From Macrostomum lignano (taxonomy: Eukaryota), in assembly GCA_002269645.1 (NCBI GenBank), contig NIVC01000656.1:62001-126000 (forward strand): 64,000 nucleotides of DNA, in the 5' to 3' direction. The position numbers and the translations under genes are program-made. The notes below the pieces were generated by a model, which was not told the origin of the DNA, ran no database searches, and was given only the letters and a program-made list of their open reading frames with translations. This document shows, piece by piece, positions 1 through 11,361 of this stretch. The stretch's first letter is position 1. The number at the start of each line of letters is the position of its first letter.

Positions 1-260
1 CACAGCTTGGACTAGTCAGGGGGGTCATAGGACCCCACAGATTGGACTAGTCAGGGGGTCATAGGACCCACAGATTGGACTAGTCAGGGGGTCATAGGAC
101 CCACAGATTGGACTAGTCAGGGGTCATAGGACCCCAGAGCTTGGCCTAGTCAGGGGGGTCATAGGACCCCACAGCTTGGCCTAGTCAGGGGGTCATAGGA
201 CTCCAAAACTTGGTTTAATCCTGGGGGGTCATGGGACCCCACAGCTTGGTTTAGAGTAGG
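1..260. repeat. ~31-34 bp tandem repeat (cacagcttggactagtcagggggtcataggaccc), cut by the window edge
   Basis: About 7-8 degenerating copies read directly. Each contains the hairpin GGGGTC-ATAG-GACCCC. Confidence 0.9.
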
Positions 261-639
261 AGAGTCATAGGAACTTTAAAGTTGTTAATATACTATTGTA
301 GTAGAGCCTTAACAAGGCATAAGAATCCCACAAGCTAGAAACGGTACTGGTTAAACTTTTTCAGCGCTTCGCTGTAACTTTTTAAAGTCTACCGCTATCG
401 ATACTCTATATTGATTAATTGAATTGGTAGACTACTATATAATAATTATGATTTATGACAGCAGCTATAAGCTGACGGCTGATAAGCTGATATTTGATAA
501 GTGGAACAGAGAAATACTTTAGAAACGCATAGGCAGACAGAATTACCACGCAATGAGTAGGGCGAGTGAGTAAATATTACAGTAGCATTTAATAGTATAT
601 AAATATAGATAAACAAAAAGCGATTTAACATGCATAGAG

Positions 640-1882
640 ATAAAACACAGGCCAAATAGAGAGAAGAGACAGGCCAGATAGAGATAAGAGACAGGCCAGA
701 TACAGATAAGAGACAGGCCTGATTCAGATAAGAGACGTACCAGATACAGATAAGAGACAGGCCAGATACAGATAAGAGACAGGCCAGATACAGATAAGAG
801 ACAGGCCTGATTCAGATAAGAGACGGACCAGATACAGATAAGAGACAGGCCAGATACAGATAAGAGACAGGCCAGATACAGATAAGAGACAGGCCTGATT
901 CAGATAAGAGACGGACCAGATACAGATAAGAGACGGACCAGATACAGATAAGAGACAGGCCTGATTCAGATAAGAGACGGACCAGATACAGATAAGAGAC
1001 GGACCAGATACAGATAAGAGACGTACCAGATACAGATAAGAGACAGGCCAGATACAGATAAGAGACGGACCAGATACAGATAAGAGACGTACCAGATACA
1101 GATAAGAGACAGGCCAGATACAGATAAGAGACAGGCCAGATACAGATAAGAGACAGGCCAGATACAGATAAGAGACAGGCCTGATTCAGATAAGAGACGG
1201 ACCAGATACAGATAAGAGACAGGCCAGATACAGATAAGAGACGGACCAGATGCATATAAGAGACGGACCAGATGCATATAAGAGACGGACCAGATGCATA
1301 TAAGAGACGGACCAGATGCATATAAGAGACGGACCAGATGCATATAAGAGACGGACCAGATGCATATAAGAGACGGACCAGATACAGATAAGAGACGGAC
1401 CAGATGCATATAAGAGACGGACCAGATACAGATAAGAGACGGACCAGATGCATATAAGAGACGGACCAGATACAGATAAGAGACGGACCAGATACAGATA
1501 AGAGACGGACCAGATGCATATAAGAGACGGACCAGATGCATATAAGAGACGGACCAGATACAGATAAGAGACGGACCAGATGCATATAAGAGACGGACCA
1601 GATGCATATAAGAGACGGACCAGATGCATATAAGAGACGGACCAGATGCATATAAGAGACGGACCAGATGCATATAAGAGACGGACCAGATGCATATAAG
1701 AGACGGACCAGATGCATATAAGAGACGGACCAGATGCATATAAGAGACGGACCAGATGCATATAAGAGACGGACCAGATACAGATAAGAGACGGACCAGA
1801 TACAGATAAGAGACGGACCAGATACAGATAAGAGACGGACCAGATACAGATAAGAGACGGACCAGATACAGATAAGAGACCA
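640..1882. repeat. 22-bp minisatellite (ccagatacagataagagacgga and variants)
   Basis: About 55 tandem copies. They explain the repetitive ORFs 812-1717, 966-1910 and 1186-1761. Confidence 0.97.
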
Positions 1883-2140
1883 ACTGAGCTAAACTAACCG
1901 AACCGATCAAAGATCAGCCACCAGTACACTGCTCCAGAACGCCCCTATACTCAATATAAAAATTGATTGCTGTAAACTGCGTGGGAGTGAAATGGCATGC
2001 GCGCCTGAGCGAGCAGCCACTTTTTTTCACTCCTCTACTATTTGCTACCTCGCGGTGCAAGCAGCAAAATATATGAAATAAGAGTGCGGGATTAGGACTT
2101 TTGGACACGAAATACGATCTCACTAATTAAGAATATTCAC

Positions 2141-5100
2141 GCCTTATAATTATCGGAGCTGCAGGCCACCAAAAGATAAGCGATTGTAGGCTTTGGTAAA
2201 AGACTGTCTGTAGACTTAATTAATAACTATTCTAAAAGCGAAAGTTGATCCATGATTAGGAGAAATTAATACTGAAAAACACACATTGTGGGTTCTCTTG
2301 CAAAAGAAAAATTGCTTTGATTGTATTTTCGTGTAGAGAACAAGAGGTGGGCAGAGGAGCGGGAGGGTGAGAACAAGCGGTGGGCAGAGGAGCGGGAGGG
2401 TGAGAACAAGCGGTGGGCAGAGGAGAGGGAGGGTGAGAACAAGCAGTGGGCAGAGGAGAGGGAGGGTGAGAACAAGCGGTGGGCAGAGGAGAGGGAGGGT
2501 GAGAACAAGCGGTGGGCAGAGGAGAGGGAGGGTGAGAACAAGCGGTGGGCAGAGGAGAGGGAGGGTGAGAACAAGCGGTGGGCAGAGGAGAGGGAGGGTG
2601 AGAACAAGCGGTGGGCAGAGGAGAGGGAGGGTGAGAACAAGCGGTGGGCAGAGGAGAGGGAGGGTGAGAACAAGCGGTGGGCAGAGGAGAGGGAGGGTGA
2701 GAACAAGCGGTGGGCAGAGGAGAGGGAGGGTGAGAACAAGCGGTGGGCAGAGGAGAGGGAGGGTGAGAACAAGCGGTGGGCAGAGGAGAGGGAGGGTGAG
2801 AACAAGCGGTGGGCAGAGGAGAGGGAGGGTGAGAACAAGCGGTGGGCAGAGGAGAGGGAGGGTGAGAACAAGCAGTGGGAAGAGGAGAGGGAGAGTGAGA
2901 ACAAGCGGCACAGAAGAGAGGAGAGGAAGGGGAGGGTGAGAAGAAGCGGTAGAGAGGAGAGAAAGGGAGGGTGAGAACAGGCGGTAGTGAGGAGAGGAGA
3001 GGGAGGGTGAGAACAAGCGGCAGAGGAGAGGAAGGGGAGGGTGAGAACAAGCGGCAGAGGAGAGGAAGGGGAGGGTGAGAACAAGCGGCAGAGAGGAAGG
3101 GGAGGGTGAGAACAAGCGGCAGAGGAGAGGAAGGGGAGGGTGAGAACAAGCGGCAGAGGAGAGGAAGGGGAGGGTGAGAACAAGCAGCAGAGTAGAGGAA
3201 GGGGAGGGTGAGAACAAGGGTGAGAACAAGCGGCAGGGAGGAGAGGAAGGGGAGGGTGAGAACAAGCAGCAGAGTAGAGGAAGGGGAGGGTGAGAGGAAG
3301 GATGAGAACAAGCGGCAGAGAGGAGAGGAAGGGAGGGTAAGATCAAGGAGGAAGCGGCGCAGTGAGGAGAAATAAGCAGAAGTGAGACAAGGACACAGCA
3401 AACTAAGGCAGACAAGCGGGCAACCCGCAAACAGTGTTGGGCAAGTTACTCAAAAAAAGTAACTTGCGTTACTGTAACTTAAGTTACCAATTTTTAAAAA
3501 GTAACTTGCGTAAGGAACGCTTTACGAAAAAGTAACTTGCGTTACCATTTGCAAGTTACTCGGTAACGGAAGTGCCCAACACTGCCCGCAAAGTATTGAA
3601 TGCTAGTGAAAATACGAGCTATCTATGGAGTAAAGAGAAGGACAAGCAGTGGTGCGATTGGAAAGTTTGCCAAATTTCGCGCCGACTGAAAATTTTCGCG
3701 CCATGCCAATGATATTCTACTGACAGCCAAATAAGTCAATTGATGACACTTTTGAGGATGCGTCTGGCTACCAATTAGCATGTCTCTCAAGTCCCAGCCG
3801 TGTCCCGCCTGAACTTCTTGTTGGCGATGTTGGGTGGAATCTTTGAATCTGGGCAAATGGCCATCAGATCCTCGGCAAGGTCCTCTTCTGACTCGAAGCT
3901 GCGATTCTTCAGTGCAATCCTGACAACACACACATCTGATCTCTGCCGCCCTTGCAGACGTAGCAGCCACATCTTCATTGTCACTTTGCTTCTTTGCGAC
4001 CACGAAATTCTCCACGAATCTCGAAATTCTCGAGATTAATCTCCTAAGCTATGACATTCTTGTATTTCATACTGTCTGACAAGAGAATAAGTGTAAAAAG
4101 CAGAAAATAAGAATGCAATTTTCGCGCCCATGGTTCCACAAAATTTCGCGCCAGACCCCCAGGATTCGCGCATTCGCGCCATTTTCGCGCCTGGCGCGAA
4201 TTCGCGCCTGAATCACACCACTGAGGACAAGGTCTCTAATATTGGCACAAGGGCCAACGTATAGAAGTCGTACAAAGCCACAATAAGGCCAGGATAAGCC
4301 TAACTTGGTAACAGTATAAGTATATTGAAGGGCAAAACCAGAACAAATACGGAAAATCTGCGCAGGAAAAATCTCTGCAAATCTTATACCAAGGCCCGCC
4401 CTCCCTCCCCTGGCTGGCGTGTTGTTTCGTCACCCTGCCAGTCGGAGAGGAACTTCAATATTTGGCCACATAGTAGCCACGGCCTGTATAAACTCAACTA
4501 CACAACCAACTCAACAGATTGGAGAGTCCTCTGTGCACTTTTTTGACAATATATAACTACATCATCGTACCAAAACGACAAGATCGTAGCAAAAATGATA
4601 TAAAAATTGGAGACAGGAGAAGGGAGGCAGGAGAGGGAGAGAGGCGGGAGAGGATGAGAGGCTGGAGAGGGAGAGAGGCGGGAGTGGGAGAGAGATGGGA
4701 GAGAGACGAGAGAGGGAGGGAGGCGGGAGTGGGAGAGAGATGGGAGAGAGACGAGAGAGGGAGGGAGGCGGGAGTGGGAGAGAGATGGGAGAGGGAGAGA
4801 AGCGGGAGAGGGAGAGAGATGGGAGTGGGAGAGAGGCAGGAGAGGGAGAGAGGCAGGAGAGGGAAGAGGCGGAAGAGGGAGAGAGGCGGGAGTGGGAGAA
4901 AGGCGGGAGAGGGAGAGAGATATGAGAGGGAGAGAAGCGGGAGAGGGAGAGAGATGGGAGTGGGAGAGAGGCAGGAGAGGGAGAGAGGCAGGAGAGGGAA
5001 GAGGCGGAAGAGGGAGAGAGGCGGGAGTGGGAGAGAGGCGGGAGAGGGGGAGAGACGGGAGAGGGAGAGGGGTGGGAGAGGGGGAGAGACGGGAGAGGGA

Positions 5101-6193
5101 GAGAGGCGGGAGAGGGGGAGAGACGGGAGAGGGAGAGAGACGGAAGAGGGAGAGAGATGGGAGAGGGAGAGAGACGGGAGAGGGAGAGAAGGCGGGAGAG
5201 GGAGAGAGGCGGGAGTGGGAGAGAGGCGGGAGTGGGAGAGAGATGGGAGAGAGACGAGAGAGGGAGGGAGGCGGGAGTGGGAGAGAGATGGGAGAGGGAG
5301 AGAAGCGGGAGAGGGAGAGAGATGGGAGTGGGAGAGAGGCAGGAGAGGGAGAGAGACGGGAGAGGGAGAGAAGGCGGGAGAGGGAGAGAGGCGGAAGAGG
5401 GAGAGAGATGGGAGAGGGAGAGAGACGGGAGAGGGAGAGAAGGCGGGAGAGGGAGAGAGGCGGGAGTGGGAGAGAGGCGGGAGTGGGAGAGAGATGGGAG
5501 AGAGACGAGAGAGGTAGAGAGGCGGGAGTGGGAGAGAGATGGGAGAGAGACGAGAGAGGGAGGGAGGCGGGAGTAGGAGAGAGATGGGAGAGGGAGAGAA
5601 GCGGGAGAGGGAGAGAGATGGGAGTGGGAGAGAGATGGGAGAGGGAGAGAGACGGGAGAGAGGAGAGAAGGCGGGAGAGGGAGAGAGGCGGGAGTGGGAG
5701 AGAGGCGGGAGTGGGAGAGAGATGGGAGAGAGACGAGAGAGGAGAGAGGGAGAGGCGGGAGTGGGAGAGAGATGGGAGAGAGACGAGAGAGGGAGGGAGG
5801 CGGGAGTAGGAGAGAGATGGGAGAGGGAGAGAAGCGGGAGAGGGAGAGAGATGGGAGTGGGAGAGAGGCAGGAGAGGGAAGAGGCGGAAGAGGGAGAGAG
5901 GCGGGAGTGGGAGAGAGGCGGGAGAGGGAGAGAGATGGGAGAGGGAGAGAGGCAGGAGTGAGAGGGAAAGAGAAGATTAAGAGAAAAGAAACGGATTAAA
6001 GAGCACAGTAAGAAACAGAGAGTGCAGCAGAAACTAAACAAACCAAAATGGAGAGGGAGAGAAAGCAACATGCACACGGGATACAAAGTGCGTACTAAAT
6101 AAATAAAATAATGAGTACACACACACGCACGCACAATGAGCTTAGTCGGCTGCCATAACCCTGGCCCACACCGGCAGTTCCGCTGTCGCCCAT
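2141..6193 (-). CDS. Candidate small spliced gene with an F-box-like motif (tentative)
   Basis: Putative exons 6193-6135, 4483-4434 and 2207-2141 have phase-compatible GT-AG junctions. They give MGDSGTAGVGQGYGSRLSSLPWLLCGQILKFLSDWQDSLLPKPTIAYLLVACSSDNYK; LSSLPxxLxxxILxFL resembles an F-box start. The 3' end is unresolved and two donors are weak. Confidence 0.25.
2335..3370. repeat. 33-bp purine-rich minisatellite (gagaacaagcggtgggcagaggagagggagggt)
   Basis: About 17 near-identical copies, then diverged copies. Source of the ENKRWAEEREG repeat ORF. Confidence 0.97.
3432..3584. mobile_element. hAT-type MITE, 153 bp
   Basis: TIRs cagtgttgggca / tgcccaacactg. Exact 8-bp TSD cccgcaaa at 3424-3431 and 3585-3592. 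Internal aagtaacttgcg subterminal repeats. Confidence 0.9.
3647..4223. mobile_element. Non-autonomous hAT-type element, 577 bp
   Basis: TIRs cagtggtgcgatt / aatcacaccactg (12/13). Exact 8-bp TSD aggacaag at 3639-3646 and 4224-4231. ttcgcgcc subterminal repeats at both ends. The internal minus-strand ORF (IRCVCCQD) may be a transposase remnant. Confidence 0.88.
4610..5965. repeat. Complex GA-rich (almost pure purine) tandem repeat
   Basis: Recurrent gggagagg / cgggagtgggagag modules. All long ORFs here are low-complexity E/R/G or L/S/P. Confidence 0.95.
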
Positions 6194-6716
6194 TTCGCCA
6201 ATCGATCAGACAGAGAGGAGAGAGAGGCGAATAGATTCCATAGCTATAATATGGCATGCGCGAGAGCCTGCACCAACACCACCCACACAAAACTGGGGTG
6301 TGGCCTAAGAGCTTACAGAAGTGGTTGAAAAAAAACGGAGTAAACGCCTTTTTTATACACTGTGGCAACGTAGCTACGACTATATATTGTATATATGTAT
6401 ATGGTACGTACACCCCAACTACTTAAGAAAAAATATACACCAGTACATGGAAATTAAGAATAAATTATATGACCATATAAAAAAGTCAAAATATACTGCA
6501 TTGTTAGTTCGCTCCCAATGCCTTCCCCTGTTAAACCTAATAAATTATAATTTGCAGATTATTACTTACTGTTCTCTAAAAGAACTTACTATAAATACAA
6601 GTGTAAGTGCTGAATACGAAAAGTGATGCAAAATTCTAACAACAATAAAAGTACTAATAGGAATTTACTTTTACACAGTTGTATAAGCGATTTTAAATGA
6701 CCGATTACCAACTATT

Positions 6717-8230
6717 TTGGTTCTCTATTCTCACCATAGCTCTCTCTATTCTCACCATAGCTCTCTCCATTCTCACCATAGCTCTCTCTATTCTCACCAT
6801 AGCTCTCTCCATTCTCACCATAGCTCTCTCTATTCTCACCATAGCTCTCTCCATTCTCACCATAGCTCTCTCTATTCTCACCATAGCTCTCTCTATTCTC
6901 ACCATAGCTCTCTCCATTCTCACCATAGCTCTCTCCATTCTCACCATAGCTCTCTCTATTCTCACCATAGCTCTCTCCATTCTCACCATAGCTCTCTCTA
7001 TTCTCACCATAGCTCTCTCCATTCTCACCATAGCTCTCTCTATTCTCACCATAGCTCTCTCCATTCTCACCATAGCTCTCTCTATTCTCACCATAGCTCT
7101 CTCCATTCTCACCATAGCTCTCTCTATTCTCACCATAGCTCTCTCCATTCTCACCATAGCTCTCTCTATTCTCACCATAGCTCTCTCTATTCTCACCATA
7201 GCTCTCTCCATTCTCACCATAGCTCTCTCTATTCTCACCATAGCTCTCTCCATTCTCACCATAGCTCTCTCTATTCTCACCATAGCTCTCTCCATTCTCA
7301 CCATAGCTCTCTCTATTCTCACCATAGCTCTCTCCATTCTCACCATAGCTCTCTCTATTCTCACCATAGCTCTCTCTATTCTCACCATAGCTCTCTCCAT
7401 TCTCACCATAGCTCTCTCCATTCTCACCATAGCTCTCTCTATTCTCACCATAGCTCTCTCCATTCTCACCATAGCTCTCTCTATTCTCACCATAGCTCTC
7501 TCTATTCTCACCATAGCTCTCTCCATTCTCACCATAGCTCTCTCTATTCTCACCATAGCTCTCTCCATTCTCACCATAGCTCTCTCTATTCTCACCATAG
7601 CTCTCTCCATTCTCACCATAGCTCTCTCTATTCTCACCATAGCTCTCTCCATTCTCACCATAGCTCTCTCTATTCTCACCATAGCTCTCTCTATTCTCAC
7701 CATAGCTCTCTCCATTCTCACCATAGCTCTCTCCATTCTCACCATAGCTCTCTCTATTCTCACCATAGCTCTCTCCATTCTCACCATAGCTCTCTCTATT
7801 CTCACCATAGCTCTCTCTATTCTCACCATAGCTCTCTCCATTCTCACCATAGCTCTCTCTATTCTCACCATAGCTCTCTCTATTCTCACCATAGCTCTCT
7901 CTATTCTCACCATAGCTCTCGCTATTCTCACCATAACTCTCTATTCTCACTGTAGCTCCCTCTTTTCTGACTGTAGCTCCCTCTATTCTCACTGTACCTC
8001 TCTCTACTCTCACTATAACCCCCTCTTTTCTGACTGTAAACCCCCTCTATTTTGACTGTACCTCCCTCTATTCTCACTGTACCTCTCTTTATTCTCACCA
8101 TAACTCTCTATTCTCACCGTAGCTCTCTCTATTCTCACCGTAGCTCTCTCTATTCTCACCGTAGCTCTCTCTATTCTCACTGTAGCTCTCTTTTCTCATC
8201 ATAACTTGCTCTATTATCACCGTAGCTCTC
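6717..8230. repeat. 21-bp minisatellite (ctctattctcaccatagctct), degenerate towards the right end
   Basis: About 57 copies differing at one T/C position. Source of the SILTIAL, MVRIERA, YGENRES and HSHHSSL ORFs. Confidence 0.98.
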
Positions 8231-9039
8231 TCTTTATGCTCACCGTGATAAGTTGTAACTCAACATATCGGCACTACATTCAACTACCTACTTTTCTTAC
8301 TGATGTTGATACAATTTTGAAACAAAAAATTCTACATAACTTTCATAAGCAAGATTTTAACCAACTAAAACTAAAGCTTTAATTTAACGTGGTTAGAAAA
8401 TAAATTAAACAAATAGCAACAATAAAGTTTTAATTGGTTCGCACAAAAAATCAATCAGTTAACACACAAGCCCAAATAATTTTTAGTGTTTATTTAGCAA
8501 CCTAGATTATATATGCACACAGAATTATTGCAATAAATATTACTCTTATGATTATCTATATATAGCCTATTTATACTGTCACTACAAAAAGAAATTTTGT
8601 TAGTTGTGTAATACGCATAGCTACCGTAATTAATTCACCCGTAGCCATATCATACCATTTATAAATAATAAATTAATATATAATAATACTCGATTGAAAC
8701 AGCAATTTTCGGCCATTCTCAAGTTTAAAACAGGCGAAATGATCATCAAGACAATTAACATGGGTAAGGATTTAATCGTTAAAAACAAACAGGGAAAATT
8801 ATGTCATAAAATATTCAACGCATTACGATTCAACCAGCAGACGAAATCAACAAAACATTATGACTGACGCTACGGATATCAGCGAGATAGCAAATTAACT
8901 TTACAGATCTGCTACTGACTTGTAAAAGCATAATAATCAGATTTTACCAGTGGTGATGTTACCATCTATCCATAATTATTAGTTTTATAGGATGCTCAAA
9001 GAATTGGTCTTTCTAAGAATGGTTTATTTTTTAGTCTCT

Positions 9040-9530
9040 TTTTTGGGCGATTCTTGAAATTCTATATTTTGTCGATTCTTGGAGCTGTTCTACTGAAGTA
9101 TTTAAGCTATTCTTAGAAATGTCTTTTGGGCGATTCTTAGAATTATTCTAACTCGGGCGATGCTCTATTTGCCCTATTTCGGGGGTGATTCTTAGAATTG
9201 CCGTATTTTGGGTGATTCTTAGAATTGCCCTATTTTGGGTAATTCTTACAATTGCCCTACTTTGGGTGATTCTTAGAATGGCTCTATTTTGGGTGATTCT
9301 TAGAATTGATCTATTTTTGGCGATTCTTAGAACTGCTTTATTTTGGGCGATTCTTAGAATTGCTATATTTCCACGATTCTTAGAATTGCCTTATTTTGGG
9401 CGATTCTTAGAATTAAATATTTTGGGCGATTCTTAGAATTGCTTTATTTTTGGCGATTCTTAGAACTGCTATATTTCCACGATTCTTAGAATTTATCTAC
9501 TTCGGCGATTCTTAGAACTGGTTTATTTAG
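9040..9530. repeat. Degenerate ~27-bp tandem repeat with a conserved gattcttagaa core
   Basis: 14 exact TTCTTAGAA cores counted. Confidence 0.9.
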
Positions 9531-10009
9531 GCGTTCTATAATCCCTAAACTAAGCATTCAAGCGATTCAACGGCAAACTAAAAGCAAACAATGGGACAAA
9601 GAAAAAAAACATGGAAACAAAAAATCCAGCTGCGCTTTGCACATGAAAGTCTTCCACATCAGACCTGACTGAGAGAGCCAATCAGACACTTGAAAAAGGC
9701 ACTAATTCACCAACTGTCTTGTAAAATTTGAAAAAAAAACTTAATGGGATCAGCTGTATTTTGGTGAAAATAAAAGTACTGGAAGAACTTTCTTAAATTG
9801 AGGAGACAGTAAACGCTTTTGGAAGTTGAGATAAACGAAACAAAAAATAGAAATTTATTGGCAATTAAAAATTAGAAATCAGCAATTCTGCAGTGAGCCG
9901 TTCTGAACAGAACAGGAAGTAGGAGTGTGCAGGACATCGAGATTACATGTACTTTTAGTGGCGAGTGTGCTATGCACCGCTTGGTACAGAATTCTGTATT
10001 GAGGACATA

Positions 10010-10915
10010 TTTAGCGCCATCCACATGCACATTTGGCGACACTCAGACACATTTAGATCCGACCAGACACATTTGAAGCTACTTGGACACATTTAGCGCC
10101 AATCAGACACACAGATCCGAGGACACATCTGGCGTCACTCAGACACATTTAGCGCCATTGAGACACACATTAGGAACCACCCTGACACATTTGGCGCCAC
10201 CTAAAAAAATTTAACGCCATCCAGACACACATTTGGCGCCACTCAGACAAACATTTGGCGCCACACACACACATTTGACGCCACTCAGACACACATTAGG
10301 CGCCACCCAGACACACATTTGGCGCCACCTAGAAACATTTAACGCCATCCAGACACACATTAGGCGCCACCCAGACACACATTAGGCGCCACCCAGACAC
10401 ACAATAGGCGCCACTCAGACACACAATAGGCGCCACCCAGACACACAATAGGCGCCACCCAGACACACATTAGGCGCCACCCAGACACACAATAGGCGCC
10501 ATCCAGACACACATTAGGCGCCACCAAGACACACATTAGGCGCCATTCAGACACACATTTGGCGCCATTCAGACACACATTAGGCGCCACCCAGACACAC
10601 ATTAGGCGCCACCCAGACACACATTAGGCACCACCCAGACACACATTAGGCGCCACCCAGACACACAATAGGCGCCATCCAGACACACATTAGGCGCCAC
10701 CAAGACACACATTAGGCGCCATTCAGACACACATTTGGCGCCATTCAGACACACATTAGGCGCCACCCAGACACACATTAGGCGCCACCCAGACACACAT
10801 TAGGCACCACCCAGACACACATTAGGCACCACCCAGACACACATTAGGCGCCACCAAGACACACATTAGGCGCCATCCAGACACACATTTGGTGCCATTC
10901 AGACACATTTAGCGC
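10010..10915. repeat. 22-bp minisatellite (acacacattaggcgccacccag)
   Basis: About 40 copies, homogeneous in the centre and diverged at both edges. Confidence 0.95.
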
Positions 10916-11361
10916 CATAGAAAACCAGTTTAGACACACTCAGCACTCGATTCCATCCAAGTTTGTCAGCAAAGCCGTTTGCCCTCTTCAAACAACCATA
11001 GTCTAGACTTTAAAGTGTCTTAAATTGTGAACGCCATTGACTGGAACCAACCGAAAATCTATTAAACGAATAAAACGAATTCCATTCTCTATGGAACGAT
11101 CTGGTTGATAAATATTAGCGCAGGAAAATAAAAACAATTTGTTTACGGATTTCGCACGGTGCAACGCAAGGAGTACATTAAATCAGTGCAAATTTATAAC
11201 CCCCACACAGAAACTCTAATTGTTATTATCTGATAAAATAATTGCCAAAATGACAACATCCAACACGGCATACAACAGCAAGAAACCCATGGACAAGCAA
11301 TGAAATGTACAACTGTTATACCGACCACCGAACAAAGCTATACTCTGTTTGTGTTGCTTTT

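Noticed and set aside
1-260. CRISPR-like array of palindromic ~33-bp repeats
   Set aside because: There are no unique spacers and no cas genes, and the context is eukaryotic. The same applies to all other arrays here.
395-402. DRE motif TATCGATA (also ~42313, and aaatcgataa three times at 32240-32400)
   Set aside because: A short motif expected by chance in AT-rich DNA, and its role is established mainly in insects.
812-8055. Many long ORFs (300-600 aa) on both strands
   Set aside because: They are translations of 21-33 bp and GA-rich tandem repeats, open in several frames at once, with no unique domain.
8730-8960. Possible plus-strand micro-exons (GEMIIKTINMG|gtaagg; MGKLCHKIF, superficially ARF-like)
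   Set aside because: They would need a 29-nt intron, hit stops quickly, and show no continuing GTPase motifs.
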